Made by a program: the position numbers and the translations under genes
Notes under the pieces: model-generated
What the model was told of the DNA's origin: nothing
What the model saw: the letters and a program-made list of their open reading frames with translations, nothing else
Databases searched by the model: none
Shown here: in pieces, positions 39,318 to 53,748 of the stretch
Position numbering within the stretch: the first letter of the stretch is position 1
How the letters are laid out: each line of letters opens with the position of its first letter
Source: Octopus sinensis
Lineage: Eukaryota
NCBI RefSeq assembly: GCF_006345805.1
Contig: NC_042998.1
Span: 142,104,001-142,168,000 of the forward strand
Direction: 5' to 3'
DNA: 64,000 bases

Positions 39318-39628
39318 ATATATATATATATATAATATATATTATATATATTATATATATATATATATATAATATATATATATAATATATCATATGTATG
39401 TATATGTATGCAAATATTTACATACATACATACATACATATATATAATATACAGAGAGAGAGAGAGAGAGAGTAAGTGAGAAAGAGAGTGAGAGAGATAG
39501 AGTGAGTGAGTGAGTGAGTGAATGAGTTAGTGAGTGAGTGAGTGAGTGAGTGAGAGAGTGATTGAGAGAGAGAGAGAGAGAGAGAGAAATGGTGTAAATA
39601 AATAAATAAAACTGCAAGGGTTTGAAAT

Positions 39629-39667
<39 letters not shown>

Positions 39668-40119
39668 GAAATTAGAGAGAAAGCAAAGACTGAAAATTTT
39701 CAGACAATGAATATTCAATAGATATTTATATATCAATAGATGAAACTTACACAGAGTACAAAGACTTGTAACACCACACCTTTTTTCCCTTTCAATTTCT
39801 ATCTCTTTTGCACCCAGTGTATGTTAGCTCTGTTAATATATAAATATCTATATATTTATACTTGAAAAATTTTTCAGTCTTTGCTTTCTCTCTATTTACA
39901 CGTATACATGTATATATATTTTGCATATCAAACCAAAGCGTGTTTATTTGTGCGTCAGTTCAAATCATGTTTGACTCTCTCTCTATATATATATATATTT
40001 ATATATATATTTACGCATATTCACATATATACATATATTTATACACACATGCACATGTATGTTTGTATGTATGTATGTATCTCACTCTGTCTGTCTCTCT
40101 GTCTCTCTCTCTCTCTCTG

Positions 40120-40211
<92 letters not shown>

Positions 40212-40257
40212 CCTGTTTATTACCCGAAAAGACACATCTGCACCGTCGGATGCTCTT

Positions 40258-40760
40258 GAACCAGTTGTTTAGTATCTGATCCGTGAGGAATCGATGCTAG
40301 ATGGGTCGAAACAACTGCAGTGATTAATAAAATCCTCGTATCTTCCATCTTTCGTCTTTCCTTGACTATATATATATATATATATATTAAATAATAAATC
40401 GCTTGGTATACGCATGGTAATATACCGATAAAGCTCGTTCACTGGCTCAATGTTCGTTGGGTATTTGAGTAATGAGAGAGATGGAAGATGGAAGATGGAA
40501 GATACGAGAATCTTTACTGATTACTACAATTGTTTCGACCCATCTAGCATCGATCTCTCACAGGTGGAATATTTGACAACTGGTTTAGGAGTATCTGTCG
40601 GTGTAGGTGTTTAGACCCATCCAATAAATATTTACACCAACGGATACACCTAAACCAGTTGTGCAGAATCCCACCCGTGCGAGATCAATGCTAGACGGGT
40701 CGAAACAATTGTAGCGATCAATAAACATTCTCGCATCATCCATCTTCTGTCTCTCTCATC
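40258..40760. mobile_element. Three alternating (+,-,+) copies of a hammerhead-like Penelope-type repeat
   Basis: The motif gatcgatgctagatgggtcgaaacaattgta recurs near 40290 (+), 40520-40570 (-) and 40680 (+). Copies 2 and 3 form a long hairpin. Confidence 0.6.
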
Positions 40761-40776
40761 GCTCATATATATATAT

Positions 40777-40825
<49 letters not shown>

Positions 40826-40965
40826 TACGTTTAAATATTTGTTGTGCAAGATTTTCTATGTGAAGTCGTGTATTGAAACAGATATTGTTATATTTCGGAA
40901 TGGTCATATTCCCAGTTTAGCCAATAAAAACACACGCACTATATATTTGGTGTTATTTTGCTTCA

Positions 40966-43283
40966 GTGTTATTTATTTTTTACATTAATCTTAATCTTAA
41001 TACTAATGACCATATGGAAGCACAGTTCAATATAGCTAGGACCAAACTTAGACAGATTTTAGGATTATACACTAAGAGACAGAGACAGAATAAGACAGAA
41101 GCCAAACAACTCGGGATTAAACCTGCATGTAGCCTACATAAGCTCATTCAGCGCACGAGGAACGGAGAGATGGTATGCCTTCCCACAGATAAGTCCGGCA
41201 GGATGTCAATAGACAGCTTACCGAACTACATCCAGGCAATGAAACCTCATATCGCCAATACAAAAATAACAACTGTACAGGCACATGACGAGAGAGAAAA
41301 GGTCCTCAACGCCCACATGATGATGTGGACAATTGTTCTGGGACCCCAGAAACGTACAGCAAATAATTTCCAAGCCTGGAACAATGATATCCCGGCATTG
41401 TATGGACTTCGCAAGGACCATAAAGTAATTACTGACCCTATAGCAGGACCACCAACAAGACGAGTCTGTGGAGCGAATATCGCTAGCAATTACAGAATCT
41501 CCTACTTCCTCTCAATGATCATACGCCCTATAATCCGGATGTCACCTGATGTTTGTGACAGCACAGAAGATCTCCTCAGCAGGATCGATGACTGTAACAA
41601 CACTTGTGATCTGACAGGATGTATGGTGGGTAGCATGGATGTGGTATCGCTATACCCATCGATCGACATAGATTTTGTGGTGGAGAAGTGCGTGGAGATG
41701 ATCAATGAGAGCCAGGTGGAGTTCCGTAATGTCAACACAGAAGAACTGGGCCTCCTACTTAGACTGACATGTAATAATGAATACTTAGATAAACATAATC
41801 TTAGTAGTTTCTGCCCCAACAGATGTTTAAGAGGTAGACCGCCCACAATTACTTCTATGGCTAGGAAGACACATATAGAAAGATGGCGCGGATGGACCAT
41901 AGCCATACGGAGCCCCGCCAATGTCCATCAGATAAAGAAAATGATCGCACATGCACTAGGAGCTAGTATAAGAGTTACCCTAAAAGGCCACACGTTTAAG
42001 TTTAATAATAAAATATATGCCCAGGACGAGGGGGCAGCCCTCGGCGTTAGTATCGCTGGTGATGTGCCAACCTTTTCATGGTATGGTGGGACAGAAGGCT
42101 AAAGTACGCCTAACACAGAACTCCATACTTGTAAACATGTACTCTCGCTATGTTGATGATATCAACATAGTGGTAAAGGCACCCCCACAAGAGAGTAATG
42201 TTGATATAGTAATAGAAACTAATACTATGGAGATCATCCAGCAAATAGCTAACTCCATCCACCAGAGTATTAAGATCACAATAGACTACCCCACTAAACA
42301 CCCCAACCATAGACTACCAGTACTAGACACTGAACTCTGGCTAGAAATTGTGAATAATAAAACCTAAATCCTTCATTCATACTATGCCAAACCTATGGCC
42401 TCAAAATATTTGATCCACCGGAACTCAGCCATTGCGGACAATGCCAAATTCAATATTTTGATGGCAGACCTCGTCAGAATAATGAGAAATGTGTCCGCTT
42501 GTGCGAGCCCACAGAGTTAAAGAGACACATACAATATTTCATTCAACGCATGCAGTTCTCAGGTTACAGCCATAAAGAAAGGATCAGAGTATACAAAGGA
42601 GCCATGAAGAAATTTGATAATATATTATGTAATGATAGGAATGGGATTTGCCCACTCTATAGGAACAAGTCATGGAACACTATAGAAAGGACAAAAAAGA
42701 AAATAGGGAAGGCCAACTCTTGGTATGATAAGCCATAAATACCATGTGTCATGTTCGTTGACACCACCCCTGGAGGTGAACTGGCTGGCGTACCGCTTTA
42801 GAAGGACCGTAGACAACTTAAGCTAAGAATTAAGGTTGTTGAAAAGCCAGACAACCCTATCAAATCTATAATTGGTAGAATCTATCCTTTTAGTAGAACC
42901 CCCTGTACGGATAGTACTGTACTGTATGTAGATTTAGCCCACAAACAAACTGTAAAGCCAGAAATGTAGTCTATAGTATAAGATGTATAGAGGGACGATG
43001 CAGTAACAAGACAACGACATATGTAGGGGAAACGGCAAGAAGCATAGGAGAGCGGGTAAACGCACATTGGAGACAACTTAAGGAAGGTAAAAGTTCATCG
43101 ATTCTGTACCAACACGCCGAACAGGAACACGGGGGATCAATCAATAACATAGAAATTAAAATATTGTCCACACATAGAACAGATGCAACAATTAGACAAA
43201 TTACAGAAGCTACACACATAATAGAAAATAAACCTAGCCTGAATAGAAAACTAGAATGGCGCACTAACACACACAACATATGA
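40966..43283 (+). pseudogene. Penelope-like RT-GIY-YIG polyprotein with frameshifts and stops
   Basis: PTDKSGR, LYGLRKDHK...PTRRVC, GSMDVVSLYPSID, YAQDEGAALG, YSRYVDDI, LPVLDTELW, YAKPMAS, a Cys-rich linker (CTDSTCTVC...NC), NVVYSIRC and YVGETARSIGER. Confidence 0.92.
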
Positions 43284-43677
43284 CGATAGAGGATTCTGAA
43301 AACATAATAAATACACAGATAAATAAACTAATAGAAATAAATAACTATATATATTTTTTTTTCGATTCGATTTATTATTATTATTACTAGTATTGTTGTT
43401 ATACATACATACATACAAGCATATGTAATGATAATAATAAGTGGATGTAAACACATGAACAAAATAAGAATAAACAAAAACAACAAAAACAAAATACAAA
43501 TTACATGAACATATATAAACAGAAGATACAAATATTACAGGCATCCCCCCACATACACATACTAAATAAACATAGACGCACATAGAGATAAGCATGCGCA
43601 AATGAAGACATAAAATAGAAATACAAAATGGCTGACGGTTAGTAAGGAGAGACACAAATAAGTAAGAAGAAAACAAA

Positions 43678-43722
43678 GGACCACTGATGCGGTCACAGGA
43701 GTGTGACGAAAGAACTCTGGCC
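43678..43722 (+). ncRNA. Hammerhead-like motif in the Penelope 3' pLTR (A9 to C change, extra G)
   Basis: GGACCA CTGATGC G GTCACA ggag TGTGAC GAAAG AA CTC TGGCC. Confidence 0.65.
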
Positions 43723-43851
43723 GAAATAAGATTAAGATTAATGTAAAAAATAAATAACACTGAAGCAAAATAGCACCAAATATATATTGCGTGTGTTTTT
43801 ATTGGCTAAACTGGCAATATGACCATTCCGAAATATAACAATATAATATAT

Positions 43852-43895
<44 letters not shown>

Positions 43896-45204
43896 ATATA
43901 TATATAATATAATATATAAATATATAATATAGTAAGCAAAAGTATAGACAGGCAAACAACTGTATCAGGTTAAATTATGGCTTCTATATATTTCAACGTG
44001 AGAGTTGAGTTATCACAGGTGCATAGATTATACGGAAGAAGGATGTAAGAAGCTGTGCAGCTGTTTCAAGAGTAGGTGGCGCAGATAGTACATTTTCCTG
44101 GAAGCGAACGATACCTATCTATCTAGTAGCAATTTATTCTATCATCGGAGAGCGAATGAGATAGATCCTTAGTAGTTGAATTTGGCCTACTACTAGTGAA
44201 GTACAAAGAAAAGTTTCACCCTACTTTCAGCTGCAGAAAAAAGTTGTTTTAAGCAGAAAGTCAACCAGAGCAGTATTTGTGTGAACCTATTACCTTACTT
44301 CATCAGACGTAATATTACCTGAATAATATGTATGAGTATATGTATGTATGCATGCATGAATGTATGTATGCATATATGCATGTATGTATGTGTGTATATG
44401 TACACACACACCACACACACACAACACATACACATGCACATATACATGTGTGTGTAAACTTATAAACATCTAATTATTAAAGTGGAAAAATTATCAGTAA
44501 AGCCATTTCTATTCGTTTATGAATTTGTGTTTCAAGATGATGTTAAACCGTGTATTGAAGCAGATGTTATAATTCGGGATGGTCATTCTTTTTTTTTTTT
44601 TTGACAAATATCATTTGGCAAAAAAAAAATTGACCATCCCGAAACATATCCATTTCTATTCATTTTTTTCAAATATATATCTGTATATATATTTGGCAGA
44701 CTATCACCTAAAAAATGGTTATGCAACGATACGAATCAACACATTATCTATTAAGTTACGCAATGGACTCGTATTTGCAATAAAACACAGTTGAAATATC
44801 AGTTGTGAGGGTTTGAACTATCCTTTCAGTTTTGTTTATTATACATACATGCATACATACATGTATGCATATATACGGGTATATGTATATATAGGTGTGT
44901 ATTATGTATGTGAATGTGTATGTATATATATATATATATACGCATGCACGCACACATGTATATGTATATATAATATAAATGTGTTTGTATGTAATAATAA
45001 AAATAATTTCATATTAATCTGATGGATTGCTTATACTTTTATAGAGTATAAATTTATCATTCTTATGCACGAAAGTTGTTAACAGTAACTTTGATGTCTC
45101 GGCCAACTAAGCTATTGTCGGACTACGGGTAGCCCTCTCTCTTGATATATAATATATATATATAATACACACACACACATACACATCAATAGACATCATA
45201 TATA

Positions 45205-45448
45205 CAGGGTTGGCCAAAAGTCAGCCGACAATAAATAAAAATTCCATAGATATTTACTATTCAATTTTATTTATTTATTCCAATTATGAATGTTTAATAA
45301 TTGAATGCTATGAGTTAAAATTACGGTTTTGTTTTCCATATTTGACTCTTTATTAGCGAAGTCTCATATAAAATAAGTTGTTTTTTTTTTTTTAATCTTG
45401 GAGTTAAATGGTCTTGATTTACTGTCAGGTGACTTTTGGCCAACCCTG
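45205..45448. mobile_element. Tc1/mariner-type MITE
   Basis: Perfect 19-bp TIR cagggttggccaaaagtca, TA on both sides, non-coding interior. Confidence 0.92.
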
Positions 45449-46017
45449 TATATGTGCGTGTGTATACTGGCACCATGTAACTCAATACAATCTTTAGTAT
45501 GGCTTTTCTTTGGACAACCTGCTGGACAAGAAGACAAAACCTGTCACCGGGTAGACGAACTCAATAGAATGAATGGCCATCAAACACCTAGGAGCCAGAC
45601 ACCCCTTAGTCTTTGTTTAGAAATCTTTTAAGGAGAAGAAAAACTCTGATGTAACACTTACCACTTTGTTTGCATTCATTGATGCAGACTCTAGGAATTG
45701 GCCCTCTGTAAGGAATTTCCACGGTTAAGAAGCATCAAGCAGTGGCATCGCTTGCTCTTTAACGTTTCTATTATATGTTGCATACTATGCCAAGCCGTAG
45801 CCAAAGATAGCAAAAAAAAAAGCCTCAATGATAATTTCCATGATGGAAAAAAGGAATGTGTCAGAGTAGATGCTAAGCTTTCTGAACACCTGCTGTAAGG
45901 GACGTGAATCGTTGCCACATCTGTGCAAATAAGTGTAGGTTCCTAGCAAAACTGTAAAGCTACATCTTTGCTATTCATATTAAAGAGAAAGAACAAGCGA
46001 CATTTCTTGAATGTGCG

Positions 46018-46070
<53 letters not shown>

Positions 46071-46468
46071 TCTATCTATCTATATATCTATCTATCTATC
46101 TATCTGTCTGTCTATCTGTCTGTCTGTCTATCTGTATGTCTATCTATAATCTATCTATCTGTCTATTTATCTATCTATCTATCTATCTATCTGTCTGTCT
46201 GTCTGTCTTCTTTTCCATCATGGAATCTTCTTGCCTATTACTTCGCATTCGGTCTTGTGTTATAAAAAGAGAACAAATTTACCGTGGCTTGTAGACATTT
46301 GGCATCTACTTCTAGCGTATAGGCGTTGGCATTCCAACGACCTTAATTATAATTATATTTTTATAAATATATACTTAAAAATTAATTTTACCGATATAGT
46401 GTTTATTTTATACGCTAGCCATTGATATAACCCTTTTAATAATTATATCCTCAAGTTCTATATATATA

Positions 46469-46514
<46 letters not shown>

Positions 46515-46698
46515 GATAGATGATAGATAGATAGATAGATAGATTAGATAGATAGATAGATGAATATAGAAGATAGATTATGGATAGATACATACATACA
46601 TGCATACACACACACACATATTTATCTATGTAGTATACATGTATGCATACATATACGTATATCTGTATACACACACACACAACACACACACACACACA

Positions 46699-46744
<46 letters not shown>

Positions 46745-46750
46745 TAGATA

Positions 46751-46814
<64 letters not shown>

Positions 46815-46921
46815 GATAGATAGATAGATTGATGGATAGATACATACATACATGCATACACACACACACATATATATATATGTATGTATACATGTATGCA
46901 TACATATACGTATATCTGTAT

Positions 46922-46982
<61 letters not shown>

Positions 46983-48344
46983 GTGGGGGGGGGCGAAATG
47001 AACATCTGGGATATTTTGTTCCATGCAGAAACTGCACGAGGAGCAATTCAGATTTTTCTCAATGTTGGAAACCCTTCCGTAACGTCAGCAGAGTCAGAGT
47101 TACAAGCGTTTCGTCCCTTAGACTACTCGCTACACATGAGTGGAGCAGCGATGACTGACTTAGTCTCCGCCTGAACGTCCAGTAATGAATACAAGAATGT
47201 TTGTACATGCATGTATATTTGTGTGTGTGTGTGTGTGTGTGTGTGTGGTGTGAGTCTATGTTCACGTGCATATGCGTGCGTTTTTGTTCGTCTATTCATG
47301 TGCTGTGAGTGTTTGAGTGACATCCGCACTGCAAAAAGAACTCTTATAGAATCGATATGGGTAAATATTAATATTACCAAATAAACATAATTTTTTCCAC
47401 GGGTATTTATTGCTTCATTGATTACAACACACACACACACACAGACTCACACACGAACGCAATCAATATTTCACTGCGTACATACATACTCTCATGTATT
47501 TATACGTCTTTGTATATATATATATATATATATATAATAGACCTGACATGTACATAATGTACATAAATTGTGTATGTTGTAGATGTTTTAGCTGCATTAA
47601 TGAACGTTATTCATCTCCAGTAATATTTACTATATGGATCGACGTACCAAAGTAGTTTGACTGATTCATTTTGGTGAATTACAAACTGGCATTTGAAGAA
47701 ACTCCAGGACAAGATCTTATCACAATATCTAAGTCACAACTGTAGGACTCAGCAGAAGAAACCTTCATGATTCAACGGAGGGGAAGGCGACTGCATCAAC
47801 GCATTGTTCAGTGCAGAGAGCAAGATGAAGCAATCAAGACATTTTGGTCATCCACTGCATCCGTCTCGATCCTCAGTCACCCTTACCTGGTCTTGCCAAC
47901 TGGAATGAAGATGGTCACTGACAAGAGAATGAAGATGATGCTGTGCAATTCTTTTCCACTTCAAACAAAGCCACCACGCAATTCATCGGTCATCCTTAAA
48001 GATGACTTGACGGTCTTCATGGCTCCGACGAAGGAACATAATGTATGTGTGGATGTGCATGCGTGTACGTGTCTAAGATTTGTTGCTGGTCTTGTGCCTA
48101 ATTTAGAAACTATTCTGTCAATCATTACATATGTGTGGGAATAACAGTGCATCGTAGATTAAATAGCAAGGAGTTGGAATTCGTAGCTGCAACCAGGTTT
48201 GATTTCCGGTTGAGGCCATTACACAGCATGTGTATCATTAACACCGTTGAGAAAACTCCGGACAACACATACTCCCATTTTTAACGTTCTTTCACACAAA
48301 AGGCCTGAATATGTAGTTGTCATCAATAAAATGTGAGATTAAAG

Positions 48345-48560
48345 CAGCGAGCAGGCAGATTTGATAGAACGTTAGGTAAATGATTTACGGTTTTTCTTCC
48401 AACTCTTTACATTCTGAGTTCTAATCCCGCCGAAGACAACTTTGTTTTTCATCTCTCCACAGTCGATAAAATAAATACCAGTCAAAAACTGGGGGCAATG
48501 TAATGGACTTCTTTGTCTTTTCAAAATTGCCGGCCTTGTGCCTAAAATAAAAAGAACTAT
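48345..48560 (+). mobile_element. SINE family A, degenerate
   Basis: gcgagcaggcagatt...ctgagttctaatccc...gccggccttgtgcctaa. Confidence 0.65.
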
Positions 48561-49086
48561 TTAAAAGTGGGCTCAGTGCAAACTGAGATCGTGTGTGAAT
48601 GTCAGTTCGCAGTTAACTTTTGGACATTATCCACGTTACTATTGACAACAGAAGAAGCATGAACATCCCAAACTCCCGTTTCCCCTTCATCTGAGGCTAC
48701 ATGCATGTGTAAGAAATATTCTGGTATTACTATATAATTTTTGTTATGCTAAATAAATGGTCGTGAAGGCTAGTGGCCTAGTGGTATGATGTTGCTCGCA
48801 AGATAGCGATTTCGATTCTTGGTCTGGGTGCTGCGTTGTGTTCTTCAACAAAACACTTCATTGCATACTGCCCCAGTCTATCAGTAACCCTCTGACGAAT
48901 TTCCACCCCTTTTGGGAAGAATGTCGTGATTTCGGTCACATATATTTTACGGAAACCGGCTTACAGGCCCCATGATTCAAGACAACAATGCCCAAGAATA
49001 TATAGTATAAAAATGTGTAAAATTGTTGAACTACTACCAATTTTTGTGCAAGTTTAGTATGTTGTTTGTTGTAGTACAATAAACTA

Positions 49087-49295
49087 CGAAGGGGTGTTGA
49101 AAAGTTCCTTGCTTTGGGTAAAAGAAAATATTGGAGGGTCAGTTAATTATGATTTTATTCAACATATTCCCATCTCAGATTCACACACTTATTGTAGCGG
49201 TCGTTCAGTCTTCTGTAAAAGAACTCGGAACGTTGGGCTGCCAACCAAGTCTTTCACGATACCCTTAAAGCCAGCAAGTTTTCAGTACTCCTTTG
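49087..49295. mobile_element. Mariner-type MITE
   Basis: Left cgaaggggtgttgaaaagttccttgcttt and right aaagccagcaagttttcagtactcctttg are imperfect TIRs, with TA flanks. Confidence 0.75.
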
Positions 49296-49341
49296 TATAT
49301 CTGCCTTAGTCCATCCTTTGCTTTGCACGCTAAAATTCTTT

Positions 49342-49441
49342 NNNNNNNNNNNNNNNNNNNNNNNNNNNNNNNNNNNNNNNNNNNNNNNNNNNNNNNNNNN
49401 NNNNNNNNNNNNNNNNNNNNNNNNNNNNNNNNNNNNNNNNN
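49342..49441. other. Assembly gap (100 N)
   Basis: Run of exactly 100 N. Confidence 1.
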
Positions 49442-49817
49442 ATATATATAGTTACTTTTCTTATTGTCTACGATAGTTTTCTCTATAAACGGAGCGGGAC
49501 GTTTAAAGTTCGAAACGCACACGAGTTAACGTAGTGAATATTTTGAAAATGGTCGTTACTACCTCCAACTGAAGATTGCAAAGCATGTTTTCTCATGCAC
49601 AGCATGAAATCAATTGATATTGGGATATGTAAACTATCTTCAAATTCCATCCTGAAGGTAGGCCTATTTTTTAAAGTGTTCATTGCATTGCTCGTGTGTG
49701 TATTTATCGTTCTATTGGTGGTTTTTGAAGCTTCTACTTTCATTTTTGGCAAGCGGTATTTTTACCCTTCTTTTATTCAAATATTTCATTATATATATTA
49801 TATATATATATATATAT

Positions 49818-49848
<31 letters not shown>

Positions 49849-49914
49849 TATCTTTTACTTATTTTAATCGTTGAACTGCGGCTGTGTTGGGGCACCGTCT
49901 TGAAGGGTTTAGTC

Positions 49915-50264
49915 CACGGGTTCTCAACCATTTTTTATCTATAGATCCCTTTGCTTAATATTTTATTCTGGTGCCCCACCTCATAGCCATTCGATGTTTA
50001 AAAACTAGTTTTATAGAAAATTCTTCGAAAATTCCTATTTTGTTTTTCCCACGGTAACTTGTGTAGGACGAACTATGTAAAATGTTAGAATAATAAACCA
50101 AGCTGTGTCTGGCAATACATACCAATACTTACATCTAAAGTAAAATTTTCTCAGGGGCCATTAAAATGCTATTGCGTGTCCCCGAATAACTATTTTGTGC
50201 CGTGCCCCCCCCCCATATTATATGGACCCTCAGGGGCCATATGGACCCCTGCTGTGAACCATTG
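49915..50264. mobile_element. hAT-type MITE nested in a SINE 3' segment
   Basis: Ends cacgggttctcaacc and gaaccattg, with an 8-bp TSD gtttagtc/gtttagcc. The host repeat resumes on both sides. Confidence 0.8.
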
Positions 50265-50467
50265 GTTTAGCCGAACACATATTTTTTAAAGCCTTGTACT
50301 TATTCGATCGGTCTCTTTTACCGGACCGCTATTTTACAGGGATGTAAACAGGACAACACTCGATGTTAGGCAGTGGTGGGGACAAACACACACGCAAACG
50401 TGTGTGCATATATATATTATATATATATATATATATATATGAATAACAAATATGTATGAGTTTCAAT

Positions 50468-50551
50468 TTATTACGGCCGTTTCGAACGACTCTTTTAATT
50501 GATTAGTGAAAGCATTACATCATTACAGAGAAAACCGTTCTCATCAGATGA
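50468..50551 (-). ncRNA. Type I hammerhead-like motif with long stem II loop
   Basis: Minus strand: TCAT CTGATGA GAACG [~47 nt] CGTTC GAAAC GGCC GTA ATAA. Perfect 5-bp stem II; stem III palindrome ACGGCCGU. Confidence 0.7.
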
Positions 50552-52845
50552 CCTCATAGACTTCAAGTATAAAGCACAAGTTATATATTTAAACATATCA
50601 TATCATCAATAGAGAGCAAATACTTGCAAATATTTCGCTGCTAAATTTTTTTCGCAATGAAAAAAAGACAGTACAGCGACAGACAAACCAGAAATTATCA
50701 TAGGCTAGAGTGTTGTGGGAGGGATGAATGAGGGTCGGGAACCCGTTATCTACACATCGAAGACAATAGGGATAATGTAGTCTTCAAAACATCTAAAATT
50801 AGATCTATTGGGGATTATAGATTAATAAATTTGTAAATTACTATATATATTATATATATATATATATATACACACGGTAGCTTTGTTTCAGCTTCTGCCC
50901 ATCAAATCCTCTAACAAGGCTTAAGTCGTACTGAAGCCACAGCAGAAGGTACTTATCCTCGGTATCACACAGTGGGACTGAACCCGGAACCATGTGGTTG
51001 AGAACTAAACCTGAGTTGGCCCGCTTTGTAATCTAACAGTTTGGCATAAGAGATTGATAGAATAAGTACCAGTTTTTAAAAATAAGTACTGAGATCGATT
51101 TGTTCTACTAAACTCTCGAAAGTGGTGTCCCAACATGGCTGCAGTCCATTATGTAGATGTATATCTATATATATAATAATATGAAATGCAATTATAATTA
51201 AGGGCATAGAGGGTTCCATGCCTATATGCTGAAAATTGTCGCTAAATCGTCGAACCACCTTAAATCATCACTTTTATAGCACATGTGTTGAAATCGAGGG
51301 AGTAAACTGACAGAAATTCATAAAATAATACAGTTAACTTTGGATTGATCAATTTGTGGATTAGCCTAATGACTTTTACTCATCAGCAAAGCATACCGAG
51401 GGAAATAAATGAGACATTTAAACATATCCACAGAAAAGCAAACGCAAAGCTGCGATTACATACAAATACCGCAAATATATTCGCATCGAATTTCGTAGTC
51501 TATCTCAGCACGTGTGTATTTGGTAAGAGTACAAAAGTGACTAGACTGTCCCAAAGTTAATGGAAAATATTCAATTATAATAATAAAGGATAAAATCGTT
51601 ACAAACTTTATCAGTGGCCAGCATATAAAATAGACCTAATAAGTTGAATTCATATATTGAGATTTATGATAGTATATATATATACAGGGAGAGACAGTGA
51701 TGGGGGAGAAAGAGGGACAGAGAGAGACAGTGAAAGACAGACAGGCAGAGAGTGAGGTGGGAAAAATAGGGATAACTAAGAATCCAGAAGTCAGAAAGGA
51801 TATGTACTTATAATTGTGTCAAAGACCCCGCGCCATACCTTTTTTCTACCAAGGCTTCTGTGCTGAGATTGATTTTCCGAAATTTTCGATTATAAAACTG
51901 GTTAACATGGGTCTATAGTACGGCAGTGTATATATATTATATAAATAACACACACGCATGCGCCTACACACACACACACGCACGCACACACACATACACA
52001 CACATACACACACACAGAAAATGTTGAATATGTATTAAATTTTTTAATACATATATATTTTTAGTTTATCCGAAACAAGTTCAACTTTTTAACATGAAGG
52101 AAAAATATATTTTGACCGAATAAATGTTTTCGTATTATAGTTTAAATGAAAATATATTAGAGTACATATTCATAAAATAAGTTTGACATGCATAACGCAA
52201 ATGAAAAAGAGATAAAGCAAAACGGATACCATATTACTTCCAGTCTTTGTATAAATAAAGATTTTAGTGTGTGTTGTGGCTAAAAGCGATTTTGTAGTAG
52301 AAGAAAAAACAATCACATTTAACTCACCAGGATCCGATTTACGCTGATGTCCAGTTTAAAGAAATTTTGAGAAAATTTTCCACGTGTTAAAATGATGTGT
52401 GGATTAAATGAATAAGTATACATTGTCTGTATTGTCATTCTGGAGGTATCTCTCTCGTATGTTTATTCCTACACTTGACACATCCCTAGAGGGAGTTTTT
52501 CCCCACTGATTGTATGAATACACTTCATTAATAGAAAATGTTCAACATCCTATAAGATATATATGTAAGGCACTACCATTTATAATTTTTTTAATATTTG
52601 AATGCAATGTTCAGACTCCTGTCCTCAGATGTTTTCTGTCGAACATAGTGCGCACACGCACACACACACACACACATGCACATATACACACATTCACGCA
52701 TACATGCACAAACGCATGCATGCACGCACACATGCACGCATACACACATGCACACATACACACTCATGTATTTTGGGTTGGAGCAAAAGTTCAATTGGTT
52801 GTGTCTAATTACTTGATTTCATTTCTCAGGTGACAAAAGTAAATG

Positions 52846-52885
<40 letters not shown>

Positions 52886-52925
52886 CATATATAATATATA
52901 TATATATATATTATATATATATATA

Positions 52926-53053
<128 letters not shown>

Positions 53054-53521
53054 GAGAGAGAGGCATACACGCATACATACATTTTCTAAAAGGTAACATT
53101 TCAATATGTCTTTCAATATGATTATATGCTGTAAGTTTATTTCTATTGTTTTTACGTTAAAAGTGAAAATGAAGGAAATAAGATATTTTTGCTATTTGAT
53201 GTTATTTTATTTCCTGAAAAGGAAAGATCATTGTACAAAGAGCAAAAAATATGTGCTTTTGTAAACGACTCGCGAGGTTTAGGAGAGAAAATTTTCTTCT
53301 GAAAGTCCGTGTTACGTTCCGGTAGCTCTACAATCGTTGATGATGATAAAATGTCATTCAAAATAATCCAGGTCATACGACATGGAACATCACAGATATA
53401 CTCCACATCTCCACGGAATATTACAGATATATCCCCATTTATATGAGCGTTATAAGATGTTTAAAAACATTTTGGTACGTGCATTGCAATGATGTTTGGG
53501 CGCCTCACAATTTAATAGAAA

Positions 53522-53572
<51 letters not shown>

Positions 53573-53618
53573 TAATGTATATGTATATGTATATATATAA
53601 TATATATATGTATGTATG

Positions 53619-53651
<33 letters not shown>

Positions 53652-53708
53652 ATGTATATGTATATATATATATATGTATGTATGTATATAGATATATATC
53701 TATATATA

Positions 53709-53748
<40 letters not shown>

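Larger units (their letters stand above)
40882..43844 (+). mobile_element. Penelope-like element, near complete, with inverted terminal repeats
   Basis: 40882-40999 is the near-exact reverse complement of 43727-43844. Encloses an RT plus GIY-YIG frame and a 3' hammerhead-like motif. Confidence 0.92.

Noticed and set aside
44050-44310. Minus-strand CTGATGA and GAAACAGCTG halves
   Set aside because: About 240 nt apart with no closing stems and no intact NUH site.
46480-46980. ~255-bp duplication of a compound microsatellite block
   Set aside because: Explained by ordinary slippage or unequal exchange in low-complexity DNA.
47690-48030. Possible RTE LINE 3' remnant (WHLKKL...RHFGH)
   Set aside because: Similarity is too faint to call without an alignment.
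52328-52560. Minus-strand HTISGEKLP...CQV resembling a C2H2 linker, and a 112-bp candidate exon ending in a GTGAGT donor
   Set aside because: Cys/His spacing is wrong with in-frame stops, the acceptor lacks a pyrimidine tract, and no neighbouring exons support it.
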